Shown here: one piece after another, positions 28,979 through 41,671 of the stretch | Position numbering within the stretch: position 1 is the stretch's first letter | How the letters are laid out: each line of letters starts with the position of its first letter | Assembly (NCBI GenBank): GCA_965153355.1 | Contig: OZ231126.1 | Coordinates: 39,618,001 to 39,682,000 of the forward strand | DNA: 64,000 bases | From: Flaccisagitta enflata | Lineage: Eukaryota | Reading direction: 5' to 3' | Program-made: the position numbers and the translations under genes | Notes under the pieces: generated by a model | Database searches by the model: none | The model's input: only the letters and a program-made list of their open reading frames with translations | What the model was told of the DNA's origin: nothing

Positions 28979-29709
28979 AAATGTTTCCAGAGCTCTGTAA
29001 TACAATGGGGTGGTATGGGGTCAATCTACTGACAGAGCATATTCATCCCTTCCACCATTCATTTAGTTGTCTTGGGTGATGCTCACCACCTTCTTCATCA
29101 ACCATTTCTCATTTCCTAATTTTCACCAAAAAATTGAAATTTTCTTTAAGAATGTCCGATTGAAAACAATTCCATTTTACCCCAAGAGGTGAAAAGGGCA
29201 ATGATCCAAATGTGACAAAATTTTTGACGATAAATAGGCTCCACGTCATATGACAAAATGTCATCCTTGGTCTTGCTCATGCTTTGAATAGTAAACATTT
29301 TACTCTGTAGTAAAGCAAGACTTAATTTTATACGATAACACAATACTTACATTAAAAAGCAATACTAACTAGTAATATTAGTTGCATAATTAGCTAAATA
29401 GGTGATAGAAAAATCATTGGGACACAAGACTCGTTGGGACACAGATTTTGGCTTGCTGCCCCAATAATCTGGGCTCAAATAGGCCCCTGAGTCTATCCAT
29501 AGTGATCAAGTCAAAAGTGGAAAAACAAGCATTCTCACTCTCTCTTTCTCTCTCTGTCTCATTCTCTGTCTGTCTGTCCGTCCGTCTATCTGTCTGTCAG
29601 TCTGTCCGTCTATCTGTCTGTCTGTCCATCTGTCCGTCTCTCTGCCGTCTGTCTGTCCGTTGTCTGTCTCTGTCTCTGTCTCTGTCCGTCGTCTGTCTCT
29701 GTCTCTGTC

Positions 29710-29753
<44 letters not shown>

Positions 29754-30668
29754 CTTCTCCCAGCATTTACGACTTTTTTCCTACGACAGCGTCCCCCCGA
29801 AGGCAACATTTGTGTTTCAAAGAGGGTTAAAATGGAAATTTTGAATAAATGGAAATGGAAAAACAAGTGACTAGGAATGATTCAGATAGCTCAGACATAA
29901 TATTTAAACGAAAAATTTGCATTCATTTAGCAAGAAGGACCAAGTTTAGCAAATGTTACTAAAAAAAATGTATTGAAAATTTCTACTTTTTTTCATTTTG
30001 GTCACTGACAAGGGGCTGGTCTAAATTCTAAATTTGCATAGAAAATGAAAATATCAAAAAACAAAGAACATAGTTCTCTTCCCAAATCAATTACAGAGAG
30101 AACTATGTTTTTCAAAATGCAAAATTTCCCTGTGTATGGCTTTCTTAGAATTTAGACCACAGAGAATGAAAAAAAATGTAAGCAGAAATTTGCTAAAAAC
30201 CATCATTTTCCTGCTTATTTCCATGTCAATCGCATAGTTCAAATTACTTTTTAGGTCAGAATATGATAAAAAGGTATACACCAGGTGTCTTTAGAGACAA
30301 AATGTTTACTAAAAGCATTCCAGCTTTATTATTATCCTGATAATGATGCAAAAAGTATGGTGAAACACTTAATTTTCCTTCAAAAATTCGCCGTCCTACG
30401 GCGATTAGCCGTCTTTATTGGTATATCAATTTGAGTGTTTGAGTGTTTGAGTGTTTGAGTGTTTTCAATCGGTTTGTCGACTATGATCTTTTCGGCAGTC
30501 TCTCGCTTTGTGACTTTATCTGCGTCTGTTTCCTTCTGTGTAGTCTTTAGCTCTTGCTGCCTATAGGTAGATGAGTTTTTTTCTCTAAAGTCTGTGTCTG
30601 TGTCTGTCAGTGTCTGCTCATCCTGTTTTTCTTCATTACCTGAATCACTATGTTAGTATGTATCTATT

Positions 30669-30757
<89 letters not shown>

Positions 30758-31073
30758 TCAGGTTTGAGCAACCGCCCGCCCGACGCCCGACGCCTTCCAG
30801 CGACCTCGACAGGTTGAGAGCGTCCAGGAATCATTCTTTTAACTCTAAAAATTGACACGAAGACACCAAAAATAGGCATTAAGACACCTTTTTAAAAGCT
30901 TTAACTGTCTACATAAAGGCGAACAGGAATCTTCTTTCACGATTTGTCTTATGTCCTTCTTTCATTTATCAATATTTTCTTTTGTATATTTATTTTTCTT
31001 TCATTCTTTCTCTCATTCTTCCTTTCTTCCTTTCTTCCTTTCTTTCTTTTTTTCTTTCTTTCTTTCTTTTTTT

Positions 31074-31125
<52 letters not shown>

Positions 31126-31129
31126 TTTT

Positions 31130-31185
<56 letters not shown>

Positions 31186-31820
31186 TCCTTCTTTCTTTCT
31201 TTCTTTCTTACTTCTTTCTTTCTTTCTTTCTTTCTTTTTTTCTTTCTTTCTTTTTTTCTGTCTTTCTTCCTTGTAGGATGTTTGTGTCAAAACCAGGATG
31301 AAATGTGAGGACAAACAAGAAAGAAAAAAGAAGTGAAGGTGTCAGCAACGAGACGGAAAAAAGGGGGAGTTGTACGCTATGATAAAAAAAAAGCTTTCTG
31401 AGTTGATAAATTGAAGGACAATAACTTATACTTAAAATGCTCAAGGGTATGACTGAGGGCGGAGGGATATACAGTAAAACTGACATTTTCACTGGTAGTG
31501 GTACTGTGGTACAGTTGACATGAATTGTATCCAACTCATGTCTAATGGCGCTGTTTGGGAATTCCCGATCCACATTTTCGTCACGCATGAAAATGACTAT
31601 CCACGAGTAGAAATCAGTTAGTAATTTCTGGAATCCCGTAAGAGCAATGTGTCATTTTAAGGAATTTCGAGAGAGAGGAAGGTAGGCGGATTGCGGAGCT
31701 ACCCCCCCCCCCCCCCTCTTTTCAAACTAATTGATCAAAAAAATGATGTTTCAAGGGAACGGCAACTGACTTTGAATTTAAGCATTCTTTTCCTCCATTC
31801 TCGTCTTTTCTATCGTTTTC

Positions 31821-31907
<87 letters not shown>

Positions 31908-33128
31908 TGAGAAAAGAAAATAAAATAATGAAAGGATGAAGTAAGAAAGCGAAAGGTTGAGTGCATTCGTTTGATTGGTTGTCATTTAAAGTGAGAAAAA
32001 TGGATACAAATGAAAGTTTTTGAAGCGAAGCCGGATTCAACGATCAAATTTTGCGGCCTTACAAGTGTCTAGGAAAACAAGATAATCAGAAAAACGACAG
32101 ACAGTGAATCGGACAAAAAGTTGAATAGACAGAAAGACAGCGAGATGGACACACAACCAGACAGACACAGAGAAGAACAGGTGGTGAAAGAAAGAAAAAG
32201 AGCTTAAAATCTAGATTTGTTTCAGTCTCCACAAACTTTGTCACCTACAGTATTCCGGCCCTAACTGTCTTTTATCCCCCAAAATGGTAAGTTACAATTT
32301 TTTCCAGTGTTTTTTTCATTTTTTTTATAGATTCACGATCCCATTAGTTTTGCCATTCAAACTGTACTCAACCTCAAGTTCCCCACAAAATTCATTTTAC
32401 TGGATTATCGTCTGTCGACATGAATCCGTTATTTCGGTAGTTCCTTCTCACACCCTGTCGCTTCTTTTACTTCCCTCCTCGGCTCGATTTCTACCTTTGT
32501 ACCATGCCCAGTTTTGTCTACCCACCTACCCCACCGCCACAAAATGTCTCCTCATAACCCTATTTCCTCTAAGATTTTACCCAATAACCTTGGACCTGTC
32601 CCTACCCACATTGGACTATTAGAGGAAAAAACTCAAACATGACCAAAATGTGTCGTAGAGCATGACTGTAATTATCTCCCTGTTTTTTTGAAACGGCAAG
32701 GAACGTCAGCCACTTGAGGGAAAACGGAACCCACCAGGTTGTAGCTTACACTAAGCACTACCACACATATGCGGTACAGCCTCCCCAAATTCTCCGTTCT
32801 TTAGTGTTGGGGGTAAAATTTTATGTCATAGTGATGTGACGGTGACTAAGAACGGGCCAGCCTAAATTTCCTTTGACTTGATGAGAAACAGCTCTTTAAT
32901 TTCTGCTAAGACTTTCCTCTACCGAATTGGGGATGCTTTACCTTTTTTCCTTACCTTTGCTTTTTTTTTTTGCTTCTTTTTCAATTCGTGGATGAAAAAA
33001 CAGAAAATGACAAAAAACGCTCATGCTATGTATAATGATGATGCTGACAACTGAAAACGACATTGACGATAGCAACGACGACGACGACGACGACGATGAT
33101 GACGATGACAATGAAAGCGAAGATGAGG

Positions 33129-33213
<85 letters not shown>

Positions 33214-33427
33214 AAACAACAACAATGACCTCAACTATGACGTCCACAACAAAGACGTCAACAACAACAATGACATCAACATCAACAACGTTCATTTGTT
33301 TGTTTGTTTGTTCGTTCGTTCCTTCGATCGATCGTTCGTTCGTTTGTTCATTAAGTTGATTCATCTAAATTCATAAAAGATTTAGAAGCTAAACTGTATC
33401 TTCGTTTGTCGTCGGTTTTGGAGAGAC

Positions 33428-33487
<60 letters not shown>

Positions 33488-33799
33488 GCAGAGACAGACA
33501 AAATATTCCCTTATTTTCATATTGACTCATCTGGGAGAAAGTGAGAGACACATACTGACAGACAGACAGAGTCAGAGTCAGACAGAGTCGATTTGATAAC
33601 AGGAAAAGTCTCCCTTTTATCAGGATTATCGTTTGGTTGTAGTTGGCAGCATGCACGTTACGTATGGTCATCATCATCATCGGCAAAAGTCACGTGGTCA
33701 TTGTCAACGAAATCTCCATTGTTTGTTGTCATTTTTCAGGCTTTTACGACCGAAAAATCAAAATAAAAGAAACAGAAAGAATAGTCGCAAAAGCGTCAG

Positions 33800-34159
33800 A
33801 TGGTCAGCGGTACCCAAGCCCTGCCTGAGTAGGTTCTGCTTTAAGTTAAGGGGGGGAGCACAGCAGCGGCTCCGAAGGGAATTGACTCCTTCTCCTTTTC
33901 CTCCTCCTCCTCCTCCAGGGTTCCGGCCTCTTGGCTGAGATTTGGATTTCAAGGCTGAGATTTGGGCCACAAGGCTGGAATCTGAGCCTCCAGGCTAGGA
34001 TTTGGGCCTCAAGCTAGAGTTTGGGCCTCAAGACTGGAATTTGGGCTTTGAAACTGGAATTTGAGGGGGGAATGGAGAAGGAGGAGGAGGAGGACAAGGA
34101 GGAGAAAATTCCCTATACATGTGAAAGCATAGGTCATCGACCCCTTCGGAGCCGCTGCC
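33800..34159 (-). mobile_element. HINE-like element, family B
   Basis: ATGGTCAGCGGTACCCAAGCCCTG ... GGTCATCGACCCCTTCGGAGCCGCTGCC followed by an A-run; internal ~20-bp GGCTGGAATTTGGGCCTCAA-like repeats. Confidence 0.6.
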
Positions 34160-34670
34160 AAAAAAGCGAGAAAAAAGTCAAGTAAATCTGTACAGGATGA
34201 TTGACACAAAGACACATGACAATTTCAAAAAAATCATAATGAGCTTGCACTTGGTCACTGTCATTTTCCCACGTTGAAAAAACCGAGCCCCACACTTAAG
34301 AGTGGAGAATTTTGCGGACCTGTACGTTATATCTGAGATACATGAAATATTACTATGTAATGTATTTGTATACTTTTCTGCATAATCTACGAATAAAAAC
34401 AAGGCCGTATACACTCCCCCCCTCCCGTCGCAGACAGGTGGGCAATGACAAAATGCTCATATTCTGTTCTGGTTATCGATGGACCGATGGACTGACAGAA
34501 CCGATAGCATTCCTAGAGTTGCAAGTCCGTGACTAAAAATTAAAAACAGATGGAGAGACCTCTGGCTCTGGTTAGCGCCACTTGAAAGAAAACAAGGTTG
34601 TGTACCCTGTTTGGGTAGGCAGGGGCAATGACATATAAAACTAACCCAAGCATTTGGGCTGTAGTAGTTA

Positions 34671-35015
34671 CCGTATTTCCCCTAATTAGCGCCCGGGGCG
34701 CTAACAAAATTGCAAAATGACATTGCCTTTTTCACCTTCTAATTAGCGCCCCCCTGTAGCATGCAAGATTAAGAAAAAAATCCTGAAAATTAAAGTAAAA
34801 CAGAAGATTTAGGATAGGAAAAGATAAAAATATGTGATTTCAATAGAAAAATCCACACATGTAATTAAAAAGATACAAAAAATAAAGATAATTTGTGTAT
34901 TTATTATGTGTATCTATAATTTTCATTAGAATGAAAAGCTTAATTGTGAGGGGATTTTTTTTTAAAAGAGGGGGGGCGCTAATTAGAGGGGGGGCGTTAA
35001 TTAGAGGAAATATGG
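34671..35015. mobile_element. Tc1/mariner-pogo (Tc2-like) MITE, 345 bp, TA TSD, nested in a HINE-like copy (~34590-35125)
   Basis: ta|CCGTATTTCCCCTAATTAGCGCCC ... GGGCGTTAATTAGAGGAAATATGG|ta, with repeated TAATTAGCGCCC subterminal motifs. Confidence 0.85.
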
Positions 35016-35183
35016 TATGCAAAAACTGCCTGTAAATGCCAAAAAAAACCTAAAGGCAACCAACCAACTAACCAACAGACCAATCAACCGACCTACAAAG
35101 CGGGTCATAGACTCAAGTGCAGGCTAAAAATGGAAGCGGAAACGGAAGTGAAAGCAGCATAAAAATCAAGATCACATCCCGTG

Positions 35184-35295
<112 letters not shown>

Positions 35296-35393
35296 GTGTG
35301 TGTGTTTGTGTGTGTGTGTGTAGGTCAGTGATGGCGTAATCGTATGCGGACGCGAAAGCGTACTCGCTGTACTCGCCTTTTTTGGGTGAACTC

Positions 35394-35557
<164 letters not shown>

Positions 35558-35687
35558 CTTCCAAACAACAGAAACAGCCCTTCCCCTTTGATGCAACTTT
35601 GTTTTAAAGTAATGTGGTCCAACTCATGAGTGTCCACGCTCATCACTAGGTTGATCAGTTGTTTGCTTGCTTGGTAATGCAAAGGTG

Positions 35688-35849
35688 AACAAGGCCGGAT
35701 ACACGGCAATCCAGTCGCGGACGGTTGGGCAGGAGCAGTAATGCGAAAACCGCTTGGAATTCAAAAATGTGACGGACGGATGGACGGACCGACCTACCGA
35801 CCAACCGACCGACTGACACGGCAAGGTGTAGAGTCGCGTGTCCGCGACT
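35688..35849 (-). mobile_element. HINE-like element, family A, well-preserved copy
   Basis: On the minus strand: AGTCGCGGACACGCGACT 5' hairpin, (GTCG/GTCC)n, 3' sub-TIR GTCCGCGACT, stem-loop GCCG-TGTATC-CGGC, then CTTGTT. Confidence 0.8.
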
Positions 35850-35874
35850 AAACTAAAACTTACTCCTTCTTTCT

Positions 35875-35926
<52 letters not shown>

Positions 35927-36296
35927 TTTTTCTTTTTCTTTCTTCTTTTTTTTTTTTTTTCTTTTTTTCTTTTTCTTTTTTTTCTTTTTTTCTTTTTTCT
36001 TTCTTTTTCTTTTTTTCTTTTTTCCTTTTTTGTTTTTTTGTTTCTTTTTTTTTTTCTTTTTTCGTTTTTCTTTTTTCTTTTTTTTCTTTTTCGTTTTTTT
36101 TCTTTTTTCTTTTTTTTTTTCTTTTTCTTTTTTCTTCTTTTCATCTTTTTTTTCTTTTTTTTTTCTTTCTTTCTTTCTTTCTTTTTTCTTTCTCTCTTTC
36201 TTTCTTTCTTTCTTTCTTTGTTTATTACTTCATTCGTTCTTTCTTTCTTTCTTTTTTTCTTTTTTTCTTTTTTTCTTTTTTTCTTTTTTTCTTTTT

Positions 36297-36347
<51 letters not shown>

Positions 36348-36397
36348 CTTTTTCTTTGCTCAGTCATTCCCTCTTGATTGTTTGGTCACTTGGTCAT

Positions 36398-38533
36398 TAG
36401 TCCAGTCTCTTAAAGGAATAAAAAAAAAGAACTCGGCGTTTTTGGGGCAAAGCGTGAAAATTTGCATACGGGGTCAGTTTTTCGTGCCGAACAAGACTAG
36501 ACGGGGTACACGTCTGATTTTTAAGTGTACCCCGTTCAAAAACGCGTTTTTTTGTCCAAAAAACACTTTGAAATGGCGCTGACGCCAAACCAGTTGACGG
36601 ATGACCATGAAAATTTATGTGAAGAAAAATATGCCTTTTTTCTACTTGCATGCAAAATTTCAGCAAAATCGGTTCAGTAGAAGCAAAGATATTGCCGTTT
36701 AAAGTTTAGGCCTATTTTCAAAAAAAGGGCTATATTTCAATTTTGGGGTAAAATTGTGTTTTTTTGAGCTGGAAGTCTGAAATTGGTTTCACTTGCATAT
36801 ATTACCCTAATTTACTCTAAAAACAAAAAAAAATGAAAAAATCCCAAGTTTTTTCCATTTTATGGCAAAAAAACCACAAAATTAGGTCTCAAAATTTTGT
36901 CCTGGTTTTCAAAAAGGGCTAGTGCAAGGAAAATATTGAAATCATTGGCGCCGACTCAGGGAATCTATTGTCATAAAGTGTACCAACTTATTCACAAACT
37001 TTCAGAGGGGTACATTAACCCAAAAAGACAAAATTTAATTTCAAATATTTAAAAAATGCGACCCAAAATTTTGCATTTTTGGACCCCCAGGGACATTTGG
37101 TAACGCTACGGCCAAACGCTTTGAGCGATTTGCCTAAAATTTTGCATGCAAGTCCCAATATGTTAGGGGCATATCTGTGCCAAATTTCAGCTTTTGAATC
37201 AAATAACAAAATTGATTTTTTGGCTTGAAAATCCAGAAAAAAGGTCCAAAACGGCAAAATTTTGGTTTTTTAGCCATAAAACGCTCAAATTTTGTGTCAC
37301 ATGTCTGAAATTTTGCACAGGGACTCCCTTTAGGATTGCCCATAAGAGGGAAAAAAAATTTGACCAAGTTCTCAATCAATTTGGGTGAAATGGGCAAAAG
37401 TTTAAAAAATCATTTTTCAAAAATTTGCAAAAATCATAAAACATGGCTATTTCTTGGAAAAAATTTCAAAAAAATCCAAACACTATTGGGAACAAATCAA
37501 CATACTCATATTTACTTGTATGTCAAATTTTATGGCACTCCTCCAACTGAAAGACATGAAAAATACCTTAAAAATCTTGAAAAATAGGTCAAAAAATTCT
37601 TTGTTTTTGGGTACCTGGGTACATTTTGTACCGCTATGGCCAAACGCCTTAACCCATCTGCACAAAATTTTGCACACTAGTTCTCAACTACTAAGAGAGT
37701 CTCCATGCCAAATTTCAGCCTCCAACTCAAATTATAAATACAAATTTTAAGCTATATTTTCCTCAAAAAGAGCAAAAAAATGCAAATTCAAAGCGTTTTT
37801 TGGCCGTAAAACACTCAATTTTTGGGCTACATGCCTGAAATTTTGTCTGTAAGTCTACCAGTAATGGGAAATTACCCATGCCAAATATCAACCTAGTGCT
37901 CAAATTCTAGGTGTGTTTTTTTTACAAAAAATTCCATATAATAGCTTAAAAATACAAATTTATGGCTTTTTTAGGCCATAAATCACTCAATTTCTGGACT
38001 GAGCGTCTAAAATTTTGCATGCAAGTACCCAAGTGTAAAAAAAAATATGCATGCATAATTTCAACTTCCTGCTAGGATTCTAAATGTGACTTTTTTGCCA
38101 AAAAATCTCAAAAATAGCCCTTAAAAGTTTGATTTAAAACAGTTTTTGGCCGTAAAACATTCAATTTTTGGGCTACACCCCTGAAATTTTGTCTGTAAGT
38201 CTACCAGTAATAGGAAATTACCCATGCCAAATATCGACCTAGTGCTCAAATTCTAAGTGTTTTTTTTTTTACCAAAAATTCAATAAAATGGCTTAAAAAT
38301 ACAAAATTATGGCTTCTGTAAGCCGTAAATCACTCAATTTTTAGACAAAGTGCCTAAAATTTTGCATGCAAGTACCCTAGTGTAAAAAAAATATACAAGC
38401 AAAATTTCAACTTCCTTTCAGGATACTAAGTGTGACCTTTTTGCCAAAAAATCTCAAAAATAGCCCTAAAAAGGTAAATTTTTAGCATTTTTTAGCTTTA
38501 AAAAGCTTATCATTGAGGCTACACGGATGAAAT
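36398..38533 (+). repeat. Left TIR (~2.1 kb) of Academ copy 1, containing two 346-bp tandem subunits
   Basis: Near-perfect reverse complement of 42807-44928; the ORF track mirrors it (37134-37397 minus vs 43940-44203 plus). GGCCGTAAAACA recurs at 37802 and 38148. Confidence 0.95.
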
Positions 38534-39064
38534 TTTGCACTAAAAGTCATTAGTGATAGGAAAGTTTCCTGGGAAATTTCAGCCCAAATTTGGGCCATAA
38601 GGCTCAAATCCCAGCCCTATGATTCAAATCCCAACCCAAACGTCCAAATCTCTGTTGCTAGAAGGAGAAGGAGAAATTTCCTAATGCCTTGCTCCCTTCC
38701 TGAACATTTATCACAACCTACTTAGGCAGGGCACGGGTACTGCAAATATCTCAAAATCTATCCTGTCTGAATACACTGGGTTACTCTAGATAGGATTTGG
38801 TACAGAACACCACTTAAATGAATTATGAAAAAAATCAAGCCTGGAAAGCCTGGAAAAGCCTGGAAAAAAGTCTTTGGACTTTTATTGCTTTGGTTGTTAT
38901 GAATCTAAATGAATTCACTCATTCATTCATTCAACAAATTTATTGTTTTAAATTCAAAATATCAACAAGGCCAAAAGATAAGATGCAATCAAACTACACA
39001 ATAAATTAGAGGCATCAATCAAAGAATTGAATAAATAAATCAAGAAATGATTAATTGATTGTTA

Positions 39065-39549
39065 AAACAAATAAGGCCAACACCTATAAGTCGCATGCAA
39101 GACTTACATAATTACTTAAATATACAACCATATAACTAAAATGACCTCCATTGAAGTTAATTGACTTAAGATGACTTCAAATGATTAAAAATGATTTAAA
39201 ATGATTTGAAATGATTTAGAATGACTAAGTTGACTTAATCTGACCTAAAATGACAAAAATGACTTGAGTGACTACAATGACTAAAACTGACTCAACATCA
39301 TTTTGAATGACTTAAATTGACCAAGATTGACTTAAATTTCACTTAAAGTGATCTAAATTGACTTAGATTGACCTTAAATCATTAAAATAACTAAAATGAA
39401 TAAAATGACTCGAACAACTAAAATTGACTTAAAATGGCCTAAAATGATCTTATTTGACTAGAAATGACCTAGTAGACTGAAAATCAGTTAGTAGGAATAA
39501 AATGAATAAAAAAAGTAAAAAGGGACCAACCGACCGACTGACCGACCGA
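39065..39549 (-). repeat. HINE-like fragment with a degenerate 10-bp (AAATGACTTA)n array and (ACCG)n tail, fused to the nuclease ORF
   Basis: AAACAAATAAGGCC..AAGTCGCATGC start, AAATGAC-type repeats at ~39140-39480, and ACCGACCG running straight into GAT CAT GAA. Confidence 0.55.
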
Positions 39550-39550
39550 T

Positions 39551-40387
39551 CATGAAGATGCAGACACCAGGATCATGCTTCATCTTCAGCACGCTCTCTC
39601 TCAAGGCATGAACAGGGCGAAAATCTTGACGGTTGATTCAGATCTACTGGTGATTGCCCTTGGCGCATTTCACAGCCTGAATTCTAAGTATCATTTTGAT
39701 GAAATAAGCATTGAATTTAAATCCAGGCAGACCCACCAATCAATCAGCTTGAAGACATTAGCCATCCAATTTGGTGAGCGGCTATGTCAAGCTTTGCCCT
39801 TTTTTCATGCTTTCACGGGCTCAGAGAATACATCTGCTTTCAAATTCCAAGGAAAAAAGAAAGCTTTGAATGTTTTGAGATCAAGTGAAAAGGCAGCAAA
39901 AACTTTTGCGGAGTTCTACTGCAATCCCTTTCAGGATCTGACAGAAGAAGATTCCAAATTCAAAGAAATTCAGCGCTTTGTGGTTCTCATGTATTCAAGA
40001 ACATCAACTCTCTCTTCCGTCAATGAAGCTCGAATGGAGCTCTACTTTCAGCGTGACACACACAACATTGAGGCAATTCCACCAACAAGTAATTCTCTCC
40101 TTTTCCACACAAGGAGAGCAATCTATCAGTGTGGAACATGGAGCAAATGTTTGCTCCCAAGGCAAAACCTTCCCTCTCCAGTAAACTTTGGATGGATTGA
40201 GGTCAATGATCCCACTGTGAAATGGGAGCCTCTGTGGATGACAAAAAGTCAGGCAATCAAGGAAATGAGAGAGTTTGTCAAGTGCGGTTGCAAACAGCCA
40301 TGTACCAGATGCAAGTGCAAAGATGCACAGCTCATTTGCACACTCCTCTGCGGATGTAACTGTGATAAGAAGGATTCCTATGAGTGA
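39551..40387 (+). CDS. 5'-truncated XPG/FEN1(PIN)-like nuclease plus C-terminal CXC-like Cys cluster (C-terminal part of an Academ protein); first ATG at 39575, 270 aa
   Basis: In-frame HEDADTRIMLH (EAD motif, upstream of the ATG), TVDSDLLVI (DxD), ALPFFHAFTGSENTSAFKFQGKK (H3TH-like, usually GCDTTS), IPPT...HTRRAIYQ..W, P.P...GW, and CGCKQPCTRCKCKDAQLICTLLCGCNC (9 Cys). In-frame stop at 39539-39541; no transposase domain seen. Confidence 0.85.
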   Translation, partial: HEDADTRIMLHLQHALSQGMNRAKILTVDSDLLVIALGAFHSLNSKYHFDEISIEFKSRQTHQSISLKTLAIQFGERLCQALPFFHAFTGSENTSAFKFQGKKKALNVLRSSEKAAKTFAEFYCNPFQDLTEEDSKFKEIQRFVVLMYSRTSTLSSVNEARMELYFQRDTHNIEAIPPTSNSLLFHTRRAIYQCGTWSKCLLPRQNLPSPVNFGWIEVNDPTVKWEPLWMTKSQAIKEMREFVKCGCKQPCTRCKCKDAQLICTLLCGCNCDKKDSYE

Positions 40388-41371
40388 ATTGTCGTTATGG
40401 TGATTGAATGTTTCTTTGTCAAGAAAAAGACACTCCTGACACTCAGTATTCACGTATAGCTGTGGCCATGAATTTATATGACCTTGCAGTAGAATTCTAT
40501 ATAATAACAGGTTTCTCTGTTGGTTTGCACTATTCACAATTAAAATCTTAAGGTTAAAGTTGAGTAATTGAGCTTGAGGCATAGTGACAATTTTGGGATT
40601 TCTATTTTTACCATCATTTCAAAATCATTATCTAAAATAGTATAATCATTATCCAATTTTTCAGTACAGGTCTTGAAGATTAAACTGTAGTTTTACAATT
40701 GTTGTCTTAGTCATATTTTTGATACATAGTGAAAAATGAAAAAAAATCTAAAAAATGCTAAACTTGCTAGAAATTCTAAAAAATAGTATGGATGGACCAA
40801 CCAACCAAACAACCAACCAATGGACTAACAGACCAAGGTGTAGACTCGTGTGCATGCGACTAAAAACAATGCAACACTGAAGATGATTAGATTTTTAGGT
40901 TTCCAAAATACACAATACTGAGTCTATTTTCTGAAGCTATGAACACAGTCTTATGATTTCATCCTTATTTTTTTTATTTGGTGTTTAAATTTTATAATGC
41001 TTGTTTTTGTCCCCTAGTAGTCATCATGTTTTTTATGTTTAAAATGTTTGATGTGTTAATGTTTAATGTCTTTATATTTAGATAAGTCAATGTTTGATAT
41101 TTACTTACTTTGTTATTTTGATGCTTTGAAATTCTATTATGTTTACTATTTTAATGTTCTGATAATTAGATTCTAATTATCTACTGTTTTGATGTTTTAA
41201 TGTTTATTTGTTTTCATATTGTGTCAACCAAGTGTAATCACTTTTTTGTGTTTGGTCAATTAGTTTCATTGATTCTTATTGTTAAATATCACTAATTTTC
41301 CTGACTTTTCCCATACCCATTTGTCCCAGACATTTGCTTCTGCTTTTTTTTTTTTGTTTTTATCTCATCTT

Positions 41372-41547
41372 TTTAAGTTGCTTGCTACGCAACTCTATAC
41401 CCCACTTTGTCCATCAGTTGGTTGGTTGGTCGGTTGGGGCTTTGGGGCTTTTTAACTCATTGCCTCTTTTAAATACCTGAGTGACTTTCTCCACTGCCCC
41501 TGCCCACCCACATGCAAATGGGGTAGCCGTGTATCTGGTCTTGTTTA
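41372..41547 (+). mobile_element. HINE-like family A copy carried inside the Academ element (also at ~63246-63421 in copy 2)
   Basis: AGTTGCTTGCTACGCAACT hairpin, (GTTG)n, and 3' end GGGGTAGCCGTGTATCTGGTCTTGTT. Confidence 0.65.
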
Positions 41548-41671
41548 TCAACAAAGCAGCACATCTTCCTAAGATAAAGAAAACTAACAATGGGGTATTT
41601 ATAAACCATGAAAATTTTTCTGCAAATAATGATACAATTGTCCTTTTATCACCCAGCTTAGAAACTAAGAA

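Noticed and set aside
37015-37750. Short ORFs repeated three times (37 kb, 43.6-44.3 kb, 57 kb)
   Set aside because: They recur only because they lie in the TIRs; they overlap on both strands, are K/F-biased and have no motifs.
39575-40387. Host XPG/FEN1/GEN1 or tesmin/LIN54 gene
   Set aside because: It is intronless, 5'-truncated, duplicated inside TIR-bounded units, and has the nuclease-plus-Cys-cluster order of Academ proteins.
40004-40582. 192-aa antisense ORF (also 61875-62453)
   Set aside because: Mostly the shadow of the nuclease ORF, with no recognisable domain; its identity between copies reflects element youth.
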